Assembly: GCA_965221645.1 (NCBI GenBank)
Contig: OZ244899.1
Span: 2,581,458-2,645,457 of the forward strand
Direction: 5' to 3'
DNA from: Alphaproteobacteria bacterium
Lineage (GTDB): Bacteria; Pseudomonadota; Alphaproteobacteria; Bin65
DNA: 64,000 nucleotides
Positions 10,856 through 21,006 of this stretch are shown piece by piece; the stretch's first letter is position 1, and each line of letters opens with the position of its first letter. The notes beneath the pieces are model-generated. The model made no database searches. It was not told the origin of the DNA and saw only the letters and a list, made by a program, of their open reading frames with translations. The translations under genes were made by a program, and so were the position numbers.

Positions 10856-11903
10856 TGCGAGCCCTTTCGGACCTCGTGCGTCGCCGCATGCCGCCGCCGC
10901 TCTTGAAGCGACCGACAAGGGATCTGCCAAACCACCCCTGAATGGACGGAACCACTCCGCGCGGCAGGAACAGGACAAACAGGACAAGGATTATCCCGAA
11001 GACCAGGGTGGCTTCCAGAGGATTTTCCTTTCCAAAAACCTGCTTGATCGACTGCAGACCGAGCACGAATTTGAGGTGGCCTAGAACAGCCGCGCCGATC
11101 ATGGGGCCGATCAGGGTTCCTGCGCCTCCAACGATGACCCAGATGATTGCTTCCGCAGCAAGACCCAGGCTGAACAACTCGGGCGTCACGATCTCGGCGG
11201 CGTTGGCGTAGAGACAACCTGCGAGCCCGGCGAGACCGCCGCCAAAGGCAAAGGCTGCTGTCTTGCGGGCTCGAACGTCGTAACCCAACAGCTCAATTCT
11301 CTGTTCGTTCTCGCGCAGTCCTACCAGAACGCGGCCGAACGGGCTGCCCAGCAGCCATCGCGTCAGCAGATAGCAAACAACGAGTATGATGAAAGTGAAG
11401 TAGTACAACTCCTCATCATAGATGCCGGCGTCCGGGTCCCCGGGGGCGTGGAGCGTCGGAAACCCGGGAATGCCATTGTATCCGCCCATTCTCGCTTCGC
11501 CGATGACGTATTCGGCTCCAGCGGTGGTATTCATGAACCGGAACAGCAGAAGAGTGACGACGAGCGTCACGACTGCCAGATACACATCGCTCAGACGACC
11601 ATAGAACATCATCGCGCCCAAGATGGCGGCAAAGATGGCCGGGATGAAGATGGCGAGGAAAAAGCCGCCCCAGGCTTCGCCCAGGTTGATGGCGGTCATG
11701 GCGTACACGTAGGCACCCAGACCATAAAAGGCTGTTTGTCCGAAACACAGAATACCGCCATAGCCCCAGACAAATCCGAGGCTGAGAGCGAGAAGCGCGT
11801 AGGCGGCATAGGTGGTCAGGTTCAGAACGTCAAAGAAGGCAGGCAGCACGAACATGACGATCGCGGCGATGACTGCAGACAGGATCAGTTGACGTGGAGT
11901 CAT
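10845..11903 (-). CDS. Branched-chain/urea-type ABC permease (UrtC/LivM-like)
   Basis: WGYGGILCFGQTAFYGLGAY, SPFGRVLVGLRENE, multiple TM segments. Confidence 0.9.
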   Translation of the reverse strand: MTPRQLILSAVIAAIVMFVLPAFFDVLNLTTYAAYALLALSLGFVWGYGGILCFGQTAFYGLGAYVYAMTAINLGEAWGGFFLAIFIPAIFAAILGAMMFYGRLSDVYLAVVTLVVTLLLFRFMNTTAGAEYVIGEARMGGYNGIPGFPTLHAPGDPDAGIYDEELYYFTFIILVVCYLLTRWLLGSPFGRVLVGLRENEQRIELLGYDVRARKTAAFAFGGGLAGLAGCLYANAAEIVTPELFSLGLAAEAIIWVIVGGAGTLIGPMIGAAVLGHLKFVLGLQSIKQVFGKENPLEATLVFGIILVLFVLFLPRGVVPSIQGWFGRSLVGRFKSGGGMRRRTRSERARNGA

Positions 11904-11915
11904 CGAAGCTTCCGC

Positions 11916-12785
11916 CTACAAGCGGTTCTTGAAGAAGCGGCCGGAAATGCCCGTCGGCAAGAGTCGCAACAAGATGATTGCGGCGACCAGCAAACCGAGT
12001 TCACCGACGACCGAATTTGTCAGGAAGGTCACGATCTGTGTGACAAAACCGAAGAAACCGGAACTTGTAATCAGGCCAGAGACGACGGAGGCGCCGCCTG
12101 AAATAACGGTGATGAAGGCCTTGGCGATGTACAGACTACCTGCATTGGGCCCGATTCCGACCAAGGGCGCCAGGATGCCGCCGGCGAGCCCGGCCAACGC
12201 AGCGCCGGCCGCGAATGTCACCATGTATATCCGGGACGCGTCATAGCCAAATGCGGTAGCCATGTCGGCGTTCTGCATTGCTCCACGGGCAACAAGGCCG
12301 GCGCGGGTGAATCGCAGTATCGCAAAGATCAAGGCAATGACGCCGATCGCCGAAGCGATAATGAAGATGTTGTAGCCGCTGATGTTGAACGCGCCGACGG
12401 AAATGCTTCCGATCGGTGCCTTCACACTGGTCGTTGTGGTGCCGAAAATCAGGGAAAAGGAGCCGATCATGGCGAGGCTCAGCCCCCATGTCGCCAGCAT
12501 GGTGTTGATCAGACGGCCGTAGAGAAACCGCACGATCAGCCGCTCGACAACTACCCCGAACACAGCGACGACCACAGGCGCCATGACGAGCATCGAGACG
12601 AACAGGTTGATACCCAGATTGTTGTGGGCGACGATTGCGGTGTACCCGCCGAGCAGGATGAATTCGCCATGCGCCAGATTGACCACGCGCATCATCCCGA
12701 ACACGACCGCGAGCCCGGCGCTGATCAGCGCCAGAAACGCGATCGTGTAAAGTATCTCGTAGGCGACGACTACAGCGAGATCCAT
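11916..12785 (-). CDS. Branched-chain/urea-type ABC permease (UrtB/LivH-like)
   Basis: GLAVVFGMMRVVNLAHGEF motif; hydrophobic. Confidence 0.9.
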   Translation of the reverse strand: MDLAVVVAYEILYTIAFLALISAGLAVVFGMMRVVNLAHGEFILLGGYTAIVAHNNLGINLFVSMLVMAPVVVAVFGVVVERLIVRFLYGRLINTMLATWGLSLAMIGSFSLIFGTTTTSVKAPIGSISVGAFNISGYNIFIIASAIGVIALIFAILRFTRAGLVARGAMQNADMATAFGYDASRIYMVTFAAGAALAGLAGGILAPLVGIGPNAGSLYIAKAFITVISGGASVVSGLITSSGFFGFVTQIVTFLTNSVVGELGLLVAAIILLRLLPTGISGRFFKNRL

Positions 12786-12841
12786 CGGGCGGACGCTGTC
12801 CTTTTCCGAGGATCCAGCAAACACTCTTCAGTCGATCAGGC

Positions 12842-14062
12842 TCAGATCTTTATCTCGTACTGCTTCGTGTCGTTCGGATTCTTCTGAAGGTCGCACACGG
12901 CCTGTGTATCCGACGGCGGGATCTGGCTGTAGCTCTTGATGACGTTGAGTTTCTGGTTCCTGATCTCGATCAGATGCATGTCGTGCGTCACGTGATGCGT
13001 CTTCGGGTCAATGGTGACCTTGCCCGTCGGTCCGGTGTAGCTGATGCCGGTCTCGAGCGCTTCAATCACCTTGATCCGGTCCAGCGTTCCTGCCTTCTTG
13101 ACGCCTTCAGCCCACAGACGGACGCCATCGTAGCTGGAAGCGGCAATCTCGTGGAGGTCATCCGTGTTGCCGAACTTCTTCTCGTAGGCCGTCAGGAATG
13201 ACTTTACCGACGGGATGTCCGCTTCCGGCGAAAAGCTCTGGCAGACCATGATACCGTCACCTTCGCTTGCCGTCAGGATCCTGTGATCGTTGCCGGAGGA
13301 CATGGTTGTCGAGGCGACGGGGATCTTCCTGTTCATGCCTGCCGCTGCCCATTGGCGATAGAACGACAGGTGTGCCGCGCCGACCAGCACGGCCATCACC
13401 ATGTCCGGCTTGGCCTTCTGGATCTTGGCGATCGTCGAGCCAAAGTCGGAGACGTTCAACGGAAAGAAATCGGCCTGGATGACATCGCCGCCCGCGTTCT
13501 TCGCATAGTGCTTGATCCAGTTCGTCGTGATCTGACCGTAGTTGTAGTCGGCGGCCAGAACGTAGATCTTCTTGCCCCATTTCTTGATCGTTTCGGGTAC
13601 GAGAATTGCCGACTGCTGGGCCGGTGTGGTGCCTGTGCAGAAAACGTTGCGATCGCATACGCCGCCTTCATAGGTCGTGTTGTAGAAATACAGCGTGTTG
13701 GCCTTTCGAAGCGTTGGCCGGATGGCTTCGCGCGACGCCGACAGGATTCCGCCGTGAATGACATCCACCTTGTCCCGGCGTGTCATGCGGCGGGCATACT
13801 GGGTGTACAGCGCCATGTTGGACTGGGTGTCATAAGGGATCATCTCGATCTGCCTGCCCAACAGGCCGCCGGCTGCATTGAGTTCCTCAACCGCCAGTTG
13901 ATGCGCCTTTTCCATCGGTTTGCCGTAGGCTTCGAAGATGCCTGACGTGTCGAGGATGCTGCCGAACTTGATGGTGTCGGCCGAATGGGCGGCGGACGGC
14001 ATGGCGGCGACCGCTCCGACCGCTGTCGCTCCCTGCATGAACTGTCTGCGATTGATGGTCAT
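12842..14062 (-). CDS. Urea/amide-type ABC substrate-binding protein with Tat-like signal
   Basis: NRRQFM twin-arginine, GGLLGRQIE, YEGG, DYNYG (UrtA/AmiC-like fold). Confidence 0.9.
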   Translation of the reverse strand: MTINRRQFMQGATAVGAVAAMPSAAHSADTIKFGSILDTSGIFEAYGKPMEKAHQLAVEELNAAGGLLGRQIEMIPYDTQSNMALYTQYARRMTRRDKVDVIHGGILSASREAIRPTLRKANTLYFYNTTYEGGVCDRNVFCTGTTPAQQSAILVPETIKKWGKKIYVLAADYNYGQITTNWIKHYAKNAGGDVIQADFFPLNVSDFGSTIAKIQKAKPDMVMAVLVGAAHLSFYRQWAAAGMNRKIPVASTTMSSGNDHRILTASEGDGIMVCQSFSPEADIPSVKSFLTAYEKKFGNTDDLHEIAASSYDGVRLWAEGVKKAGTLDRIKVIEALETGISYTGPTGKVTIDPKTHHVTHDMHLIEIRNQKLNVIKSYSQIPPSDTQAVCDLQKNPNDTKQYEIKI

Positions 14063-14095
14063 GGTTTCACTCCTCCCGGGTTGATGTCGTTGGGT

Positions 14096-15673
14096 TCAAG
14101 ATTTGTCATCTCCGGCGTCGTCTTCCCCGTCGCCGGCTAGTTGCAAATTCATGCCCAGCTGGTTGCCCAGCTTTTGCATGGCGGGAAGCTGCACCGCCAT
14201 GTTCAGGACTCCGTCCACAGCCTGGTTGAATGGCGAGACCGGAGTACTGGCGTTATCGTCTCCGTGCACGCCGGTGCCCAGGCCATTCACCTGGCTGATG
14301 CGGATCGATTCGATCTTCTCGGCAGGTTTGACCATCTGCTCGATGATCGCCGGCATCTTGTCGATGCGATGTTGCTCCAGCTTCGTGCGCAACACCGTGT
14401 CGCTGGTGTCATTTTCTGCCGCGATCAGTGCAGCTTTGCCTTCGGCCTCCGACTTCAGTTCGTGGCGCCGGGCTTCTGCCTTGACCGATGTCGCCTTTGC
14501 CTCCGCCTGGACCTTGTCGAGCAGCGTCTTGACCTCCGATTTGGTCACTTCTTCGGAGATATCGGAATCGCGCTTGGCGCGCATCAGCGCCGTTTCGGCT
14601 TCGCGTCGGGCTGCCAGCTTTTCCTTTTCCAGCCGCACCTTTTCCTGCGCCGCGACAATTCCCGCCCGGCGCAACTCCATTTCGGCCTCGGCATCGAACT
14701 CTTCGGCACGCTTGCGGCTGAGAGCGATCTGGCTGTCGATCTTGGTCGATTCGGCGGCCAGAAGCGCTTCTGATTCCTCCTGACGCAATTTCAGGTCGCG
14801 CTGGATTTCCGCCAGTCGGGTCTTGCGTTCAGCGTCGATGCGCGCGCGGATTGCTTCCTGCTGCGCATGTTGACGCGCAGATTCTTCTGCGGCGCCGCTG
14901 GCCGCCCGAATTTCTTCAACGGTCTGACGCTGCGCGATTTCCGCCTCTTGCTGCTCGCGATCGATCTGCAATTTGCGTTTCAGTGATTCGAGCCCAGTCT
15001 GCCGGACCGATACGTCAGCGTCCGCTTCGATTGTAGCACGCTGTTTCTTGTTGGCCGAGATGACTTCGGCAAGTTTGCGCATTCCGACGGCGTTGAACGC
15101 GTTGTTCTCGTCCAGGGTCGCAAAGGATGCCTGATCGAATCGGGTAAGCGATGCCGATTCCAGCTTGAGGCCGTTCTGCTCAAGGTTTTCCGCAAGTTGT
15201 GCTTCAACTTCTTTCACGAACGAGGCCCGGTTTTCGTGGAGCTGATCCATCGTCTTGGTGGCGACCACTCCCTGCATGGCACCGATCAGCCGCCCGCCCA
15301 GTAACTCGTGCAGACCTTCGGCCCGAAGCGACCGGGCGCCGATGGCCTGGGCCGCTGTGGCGACGCCTGCGGGCGTCGGCAGGACACGCAGATTGTATTC
15401 CATCTCCACGTCCAGGCGCAGCCTGTCTTCTGTCATCAGCGACTTGTTGCCGGTGCGGGCGATCTCCAGCGGCATGGCCCGCATGTTGATTTCCTCGATC
15501 CGGTGCAGGAAGGGCAGCGCGATGGAGCCGCCATCCATCACCACCTTTTGGCCTCCGAAGCCAGTTCGGATCAGCGCCGTTTCGCGCGTGGCCTTGCGAT
15601 AGAAGCGCTGCATGAACGCAATGAGGATTGCCAGCGCCACGACAATGATGACAATGGTGATGAAGGTCGCCAT
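14096..15673 (-). CDS. Flotillin/SPFH (YqiK-like) protein
   Basis: N-terminal TM, RTGFGGQKVVMDGG, Ala/Glu-rich coiled coil, C-terminal KPAEKIESIRI. Confidence 0.88.
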   Translation of the reverse strand: MATFITIVIIVVALAILIAFMQRFYRKATRETALIRTGFGGQKVVMDGGSIALPFLHRIEEINMRAMPLEIARTGNKSLMTEDRLRLDVEMEYNLRVLPTPAGVATAAQAIGARSLRAEGLHELLGGRLIGAMQGVVATKTMDQLHENRASFVKEVEAQLAENLEQNGLKLESASLTRFDQASFATLDENNAFNAVGMRKLAEVISANKKQRATIEADADVSVRQTGLESLKRKLQIDREQQEAEIAQRQTVEEIRAASGAAEESARQHAQQEAIRARIDAERKTRLAEIQRDLKLRQEESEALLAAESTKIDSQIALSRKRAEEFDAEAEMELRRAGIVAAQEKVRLEKEKLAARREAETALMRAKRDSDISEEVTKSEVKTLLDKVQAEAKATSVKAEARRHELKSEAEGKAALIAAENDTSDTVLRTKLEQHRIDKMPAIIEQMVKPAEKIESIRISQVNGLGTGVHGDDNASTPVSPFNQAVDGVLNMAVQLPAMQKLGNQLGMNLQLAGDGEDDAGDDKS

Positions 15674-15732
15674 GTGACTCGCCTCTCTCCTGGAACTATC
15701 GCAATTCCGACCGCCTGCCCTTGCGACTCGCA

Positions 15733-15764
15733 ATTATCCTTGCGTTATTTTCCATGTCAAATAA
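15733..15764 (-). promoter_or_regulatory. Sigma70-type promoter with overlapping inverted repeat, upstream of the flotillin/ABC/amidase operon
   Basis: Minus strand TTGACA (15755-15760)-N16-GATAAT (15733-15738); inverted repeat TTATTT-N8-AAATAA at 15745-15764. Confidence 0.65.
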
Positions 15765-15802
15765 ATTGTCGCGTGGATCGGGGACATTCTTCACAACACC
15801 TG

Positions 15803-16819
15803 TCAGGCCAGTTTTTGAACTATGTGGAAGTCGAATCCATGCGTCTCCGCCAGATAAACGGGAAGTGTCGACGGCCCGGCTTCAGCGCGGACACCCATGC
15901 AATCCTGCCCGGCAATATGCGTAGCCAGCCTGCCCATCCCTTCATAGATCGACTGGCCCAGATTGTTCAGCACCGGGGCGCGTTCGCCAAACCGGCCATA
16001 ATACCGTTCCCGAAACGCGCCGTTGCGGCGCGTGTCCAGTGCCCCGAAGTAACCCGCGCTGACAAACAGCCCGTCCGTGGCTTCAGAGCCGATAGCCAGC
16101 AGCATGTTTTCTTCAATCGCACAGGACAGCCGCAAGACGCGCTGCGACAGGCCGGCGGCGTTGAAGTCGCGATTGAAAAGAACCGAATCCTGGCCGATGA
16201 GGGACAGCAGCACGATGTCCGGGCGGCGCTCCTTGATGCAGTCAAGAGTGCGACCGAACCGGTTTGCGTCGGTCGCGCCAGGGTCAAATCCGAAGAAGTC
16301 ATTGCCGATGACATGATGGCCTTGCTGTTTCAAGGCCCTGGCCGCAAGCGCGTGCGTGACCCGCGGCCAGACATAATCGTTGCCGACGAAATACCAGCGT
16401 CGCAACCGGTAGCGGCTGCTCAGCCACTCCAATGCCGGCAAGAGCTGCCGATCCGGCGTCGCGCCGATGCAATGCGCCCCGTTGGCTGCACGGCCTTCGT
16501 GCAGGGGCGTATAGATGTAGGGAATACGATGAGCGACCGCAGCGACGACGGTATCGCGGACGTCGCTTGTGTGCATGCCGACGATCGAGTCGATTGCGCC
16601 AGCGGCGATCAGGCGGGTCGCTTTCCGGGCGACGGTATCGGGATTGCCGCCGGCGTCGACAAATCGCAGCCGAAACTGACGATTGCCGGAACACCGGTCG
16701 TTCATTTCTGCCCCGGCAAGTTCGGCGCTCGCGCGACAGGATGGTCCCCAGATACCCGCCGCGCCGCTGGTCGGGATGAAAACCCCGACCGTATGTATCT
16801 GTGTCTTGCTGCTTGTCAT
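15803..16819 (-). CDS. AmiC-like cytoplasmic amide-binding regulator
   Basis: GIWGPSC, VGMHTSDVR, YTPLHEG, GNDYVWPR; no signal peptide from MTSSK. Confidence 0.8.
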   Translation of the reverse strand: MTSSKTQIHTVGVFIPTSGAAGIWGPSCRASAELAGAEMNDRCSGNRQFRLRFVDAGGNPDTVARKATRLIAAGAIDSIVGMHTSDVRDTVVAAVAHRIPYIYTPLHEGRAANGAHCIGATPDRQLLPALEWLSSRYRLRRWYFVGNDYVWPRVTHALAARALKQQGHHVIGNDFFGFDPGATDANRFGRTLDCIKERRPDIVLLSLIGQDSVLFNRDFNAAGLSQRVLRLSCAIEENMLLAIGSEATDGLFVSAGYFGALDTRRNGAFRERYYGRFGERAPVLNNLGQSIYEGMGRLATHIAGQDCMGVRAEAGPSTLPVYLAETHGFDFHIVQKLA

Positions 16820-16921
16820 GTCTGGTGTCTCAAGCCAATCCTGTATCTTCTGGCAAATTGTGCGACAGTGTCCGCGGCTGCGGAAAGGAGCATCTTCCAT
16901 CGATCGACCCGGGAGGGGTAG

Positions 16922-17359
16922 ATGGCATTTGCAGACGGAACCGCCGATACCCTGATACAGGTCGGTCAGTCGATTGCAGTAACTCTGGAATCGATCGTGG
17001 GGCGCTATGGGCTGACGCTTGCACAGTGGCGCGTCCTTGATTGTCTGCAGGACGGGCGTGGAAAGACCATGTCCAGCCTGTCGTCAGCGTGCGGTATCCG
17101 CCTCTCGGCGCTGTCGAGGTTGGTGGATCGAATGGTTGTCCGATCCCTGGTGCTGCGCAAACGGGACGAGCATGACCAGAGGGTCATCATCGTGATGGCA
17201 TCCGATTTCGGTCTTGAATACCACGTCCGCAGCGCAACGGCTGTTGCTGCTTTCGATGCCTGGCTGGCAGAGCGGGTCGGCGATTTCGAGCTTGATGATC
17301 TCAATGTTCTGGTGACGGGATCGGAAGACATTCGATCAAATCCCCCGGGCACGAGGTGA
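16922..17359 (+). CDS. MarR family regulator
   Basis: GLTLAQWRVL...LSRLVDRMVVRSLVLRKRDEHDQR winged HTH. Confidence 0.88.
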   Translation: MAFADGTADTLIQVGQSIAVTLESIVGRYGLTLAQWRVLDCLQDGRGKTMSSLSSACGIRLSALSRLVDRMVVRSLVLRKRDEHDQRVIIVMASDFGLEYHVRSATAVAAFDAWLAERVGDFELDDLNVLVTGSEDIRSNPPGTR

Positions 17360-17408
17360 GGCTTCAAATGGCGCCGAGAGATTGGCCGGGCATCACGTGC
17401 GTGCTGAA

Positions 17409-18191
17409 CTATTCGAACCCGACGTTGACGACGCCAAGATCACCGAAGTCGGCACGCAGCGTGTCGCCGGGGCGTGCCCAGACCGGGCGCACGAAAGATC
17501 CCGAGAGGACAACATGGCCGGGCTCCAGACTGGCGTCGTGTTCGCCCAGTTTGTTTGCCAGCCAGGCGATTCCCATTGCTGGATGGCCGAGGACGCCGAT
17601 GGCTACTCCTGTCTCTTCGATTTCGGTATTCCGGTACAGCGCGCCTGGCACCCAGCGGAGGTCGATATCATGCGGGCCGATGGGATGGCCACCCATGATG
17701 ATCCCGGCAGCAGCGCCGTTGTCCGAGATTGTATCAAAGATTTTACGCGGGTTCTCGACGCGGGCGTCGATGATCTCCATGGATGGAACGACATATTCCG
17801 TTGCCCGCAATACCTCCAGAAGGCCGACGCCGGGCCCGGACAGCGATTGGCCCAGAACAAAGGCAAGCTCCAGTTCGACCCGCGGTATGCAGTAATCCGC
17901 ATGCTGGACGATCGCGCCATCGGCAACGATCATGTTGTCCATCAGATGGCCGTAATCCGGCTCATCGATTTCCGATGACCGCTGCATGGCCTTGGAGGTG
18001 AGGCCGACCTTGTGACCGATGACACGGGCCCCGCCGGCTACCTTGTGGGCCGCGACTTGTGCCTGGATGGCATAAGCGTCTTCAAACGTGATGTCCGGCC
18101 AGGTTTTCGAAAGTTGCAGCACGGGTGTGCGGGTTTCCTCAGCCTTGATCAGCAGTGCGGCGGCTTTCTTGCGATCGTCTTCAGAGAGCAT
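17409..18191 (-). CDS. 2-oxo-acid hydratase, FAA hydrolase family (HpaH/MhpD-like)
   Basis: DAYAIQ, GHKVGLTSKAMQ, EPDYG, ELELAFVL, SDNGAAAG, LSGSF. Confidence 0.88.
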   Translation of the reverse strand: MLSEDDRKKAAALLIKAEETRTPVLQLSKTWPDITFEDAYAIQAQVAAHKVAGGARVIGHKVGLTSKAMQRSSEIDEPDYGHLMDNMIVADGAIVQHADYCIPRVELELAFVLGQSLSGPGVGLLEVLRATEYVVPSMEIIDARVENPRKIFDTISDNGAAAGIIMGGHPIGPHDIDLRWVPGALYRNTEIEETGVAIGVLGHPAMGIAWLANKLGEHDASLEPGHVVLSGSFVRPVWARPGDTLRADFGDLGVVNVGFE

Positions 18192-19041
18192 GGCGTTTTC
18201 TGCTATGTGAGTTGCGACAGGGACTTCCCTATAGGGAAGGAGCATGACGAAGTCCAACTGGCAACCGACAAGCTGTCCGCATCAGGGATTCACGGGAGAC
18301 TGCTGCTGTCGTAAACTTCTGTCATCAAGGAGCCTGGCACAGGGTCGGGGACCGGAAGGCAACCGCGAAAGCGGGGTGCGAGCATGATCATTTGCAGAAG
18401 CAGCCTGCAGTTCTTCCACCAGATGGCCCTTTTCCGGAATGCTGCCGGGAAACAGGGTGATCGGTGCGCCGGCAAGACGCCTCTTGCCGACCGTCGGCAA
18501 GAAGCATGATGGCGGTTCGCGCCTGAAGCGGGTGTGCTGTCGGCATCATAGGGCCGGGACGTGGTTTTTCATGATGCCGTTGAGGATTCAGACCGGACAC
18601 GCGATCGACGAACACGGTCGGGAACGGAAGCGGATTCTGGCATTGGCCGCATCCGGGATCGTGACATCCCTTTACAAGGGCCGCAAAAGTTTGAATTCCG
18701 GCAACCCCGAACGGCAGCATGAACTTCACCAGGGCGTTGCGGCTCGAGAAGGACGATCAGGCTGGAACCGTCGGATTTTGACGGCCATGCCTGACCGAAG
18801 CACCTCATCACGGAAGGCTAGAAAAACCCGTCAAATCAGCCAGGGGGCAGACAGGGTCTCAGACGGCGACGCGAGAACAAGTCGCAATGGCAGGCAACAA
18901 GCACGCATATTATCTGATCGCGGGCAGCCGTGTGAACAACAGAATGGTCCTGAAACACGAAATTGCCTTGCGAGGCGTGGATGGTCTTTTTGACATCGGG
19001 AGATGCCGCGGCGCGTCTTTGAGAGACGGCTTGGGGAGTTG

Positions 19042-20043
19042 ATGATCAAGACACCATATCTGCTGTTTCTCGGTGATGCGCCGGATCAGCTGGCCGCCAA
19101 GGTTGCGCAGGGGATCAAGGACTGGCGGCCAGAAAATGTGCTCGGCCAGCTACGCCTGGAGGGATGTCAGGCTGACGTCGGCGTGGCCGACATGACGCTG
19201 GAAGAAGCCCGGCAAGCCGGTGCCAAGACGCTGGTGATCGGCGTGGCCAACCGCGGCGGCGTGATCTCCCATCACTGGAAGGACGTTTTGATCCGTGCTT
19301 TGGAAATGGGCTATGACTTGGCGTCCGGCCTCCACAGCCTGCTGAAGGACGAAGCTGACCTGGCGAAGGCCGCGCAAGAGCATGGCGGCGTCTTGCACGA
19401 CGTGCGGGTGCCGGGGGACGATTACCCCATCGCAAAGGGCAAGTCGCGGACCGGAAAGCGCTGCCTGGCCGTCGGCACGGATTGTTCGGTCGGCAAGATG
19501 TATACCGGACTCGCCATGGATGCCGAAATGCGTCGCCGAGGTCAGAGGTCGACGTTTCGTCCCACCGGTCAGACAGGGATCCTGATTGCCGGTGAAGGGG
19601 TTCCCCTGGATGCCGTTGTCGCCGACTTCATGGCTGGTGCTGTCGAGATTCTGACGCCGGAAAACGATGCTGATCATTGGGATCATATCGAAGGCCAGGG
19701 CAGCCTGTTCCACATTTCCTATTCAGGTGTAACGATGGCCCTGATCCATGGCGGCCGGCCCGACGCCTTGATCTTGTCTCACGAACCAACCCGCAAACAC
19801 CTGCGCGGCTTGCCAGACTGCCCCGTGCCGTCGCTGGAAGCGCTGCGTGACCTGGCGCTGCCGTTGGCGCGTATCGCCAATCCGTCGTGCGTTGTGGCGG
19901 GTGTCTCCATCAACACCCAGCATCTTGGCGCATCGGCTGCCGACGCTCTTTGCCGGGAGACGGAGCATCGTCTGGGTCTGCCGACAGTGGATCCGTACCG
20001 CCATGGCGCCGGTCGCCTGGTCGATGCGCTCGCCGCACCATGA
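19042..20043 (+). CDS. dgcN: DUF1611 / DgcN-type D-glutamate N-acetyltransferase
   Basis: PYLLFLGDA, GTDCSVGKMYT, TGQTGILIAG, EGQGSLFH; ATGA overlap with next gene. Confidence 0.85.
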   Translation: MIKTPYLLFLGDAPDQLAAKVAQGIKDWRPENVLGQLRLEGCQADVGVADMTLEEARQAGAKTLVIGVANRGGVISHHWKDVLIRALEMGYDLASGLHSLLKDEADLAKAAQEHGGVLHDVRVPGDDYPIAKGKSRTGKRCLAVGTDCSVGKMYTGLAMDAEMRRRGQRSTFRPTGQTGILIAGEGVPLDAVVADFMAGAVEILTPENDADHWDHIEGQGSLFHISYSGVTMALIHGGRPDALILSHEPTRKHLRGLPDCPVPSLEALRDLALPLARIANPSCVVAGVSINTQHLGASAADALCRETEHRLGLPTVDPYRHGAGRLVDALAAP

Positions 20044-21002
20044 TCGAGGTGACGCCGCAATCATTTCGGCTGGTCAGGACCTTTGCGATTTCCCGTGGAT
20101 CACGCCTCGAGGCGCACGTGCTGACGGTCCGGATTTTCCGGGAGGGCGTGACCGGCTGGGGCGAATGTGTTCCTTGCGCGCGGTATCAGGAGACCCTGGA
20201 AAGCGTGGCGGCGCAGATTGAAAGCCTGCCCCACGATATTGGTCGTGCGGCGCTTCAGGAGGCCTTGCCGGCAGGCGCGGCGCGCAACGCCGTAGACTGT
20301 GCCTTGTGGGATTGGGAAGCCAAGAAAACCGGTGCGCGGGCCTGGAGCGTCGCCCGGCTTCGATCGCCGAGACCAATACCTGTCGCGTTCACCTTGTCCC
20401 TCGATACGCCGGAGCAGATGGAACACGAAGCGCGGCAACATTCCGGACGGCACCTGCTGAAGGTCAAGCTCGGCACGCCGGATGACATTCCCCGCCTGGA
20501 GGCGGTTCGCCGGGGAGCGCCAGAGGTGAAAATCATTGTCGACGCCAATGAAGGCTGGTCGGCAGCGGAATATCAGGAACTCGTGCCGTATCTTGTCGAT
20601 CTTGGCGTTTTGATGGTCGAACAGCCGGTGCCGGCGGGCGAGGACGGGCTGTTGGCGGAGATCGATCGCCTCCTGCCGGTCTGCGCCGACGAAGCCGTGC
20701 ATGATCGTCGGTCGCTGCCGACTCTGGCCGGAAAGTATGACATGATCAACATCAAGCTGGACAAGACCGGGGGATTGACGGAGGCCCTGGCACTGCGCCG
20801 GGAGGCGGAAGCCCTGGGCTATCGCATCATGGCCGGTTGCATGGTTGGTTCGTCGCTGGCGATGGCCCCGGCGACGTTGATTGCCCAAGGTGCGGCATTC
20901 GCCGATCTGGACGGGCCGCTGCTTTTGGCCGAAGACCGCGACCATCCGTTGCATTACGACGCCGCAGGGGTTCATCCCCCGACTGCGGCCTTGTGGGGAT
21001 AG
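20040..21002 (+). CDS. dgcA: N-acetyl-D-Glu racemase / dipeptide epimerase (enolase superfamily)
   Basis: FAISRG, KVKLG, VDANEGW, EQP, CADE, NIKLDKTGGL, DLDGPLLL; ATG at 20040. Confidence 0.85.
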   Translation: MIEVTPQSFRLVRTFAISRGSRLEAHVLTVRIFREGVTGWGECVPCARYQETLESVAAQIESLPHDIGRAALQEALPAGAARNAVDCALWDWEAKKTGARAWSVARLRSPRPIPVAFTLSLDTPEQMEHEARQHSGRHLLKVKLGTPDDIPRLEAVRRGAPEVKIIVDANEGWSAAEYQELVPYLVDLGVLMVEQPVPAGEDGLLAEIDRLLPVCADEAVHDRRSLPTLAGKYDMINIKLDKTGGLTEALALRREAEALGYRIMAGCMVGSSLAMAPATLIAQGAAFADLDGPLLLAEDRDHPLHYDAAGVHPPTAALWG

Positions 21003-21006
21003 GTAC

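Noticed and set aside
18260-19000. ORFs 18388..18729 and 18439..18993 in a 750-bp gap
   Set aside because: Arg/Pro/Ser-rich translations with no family signal in any frame examined.
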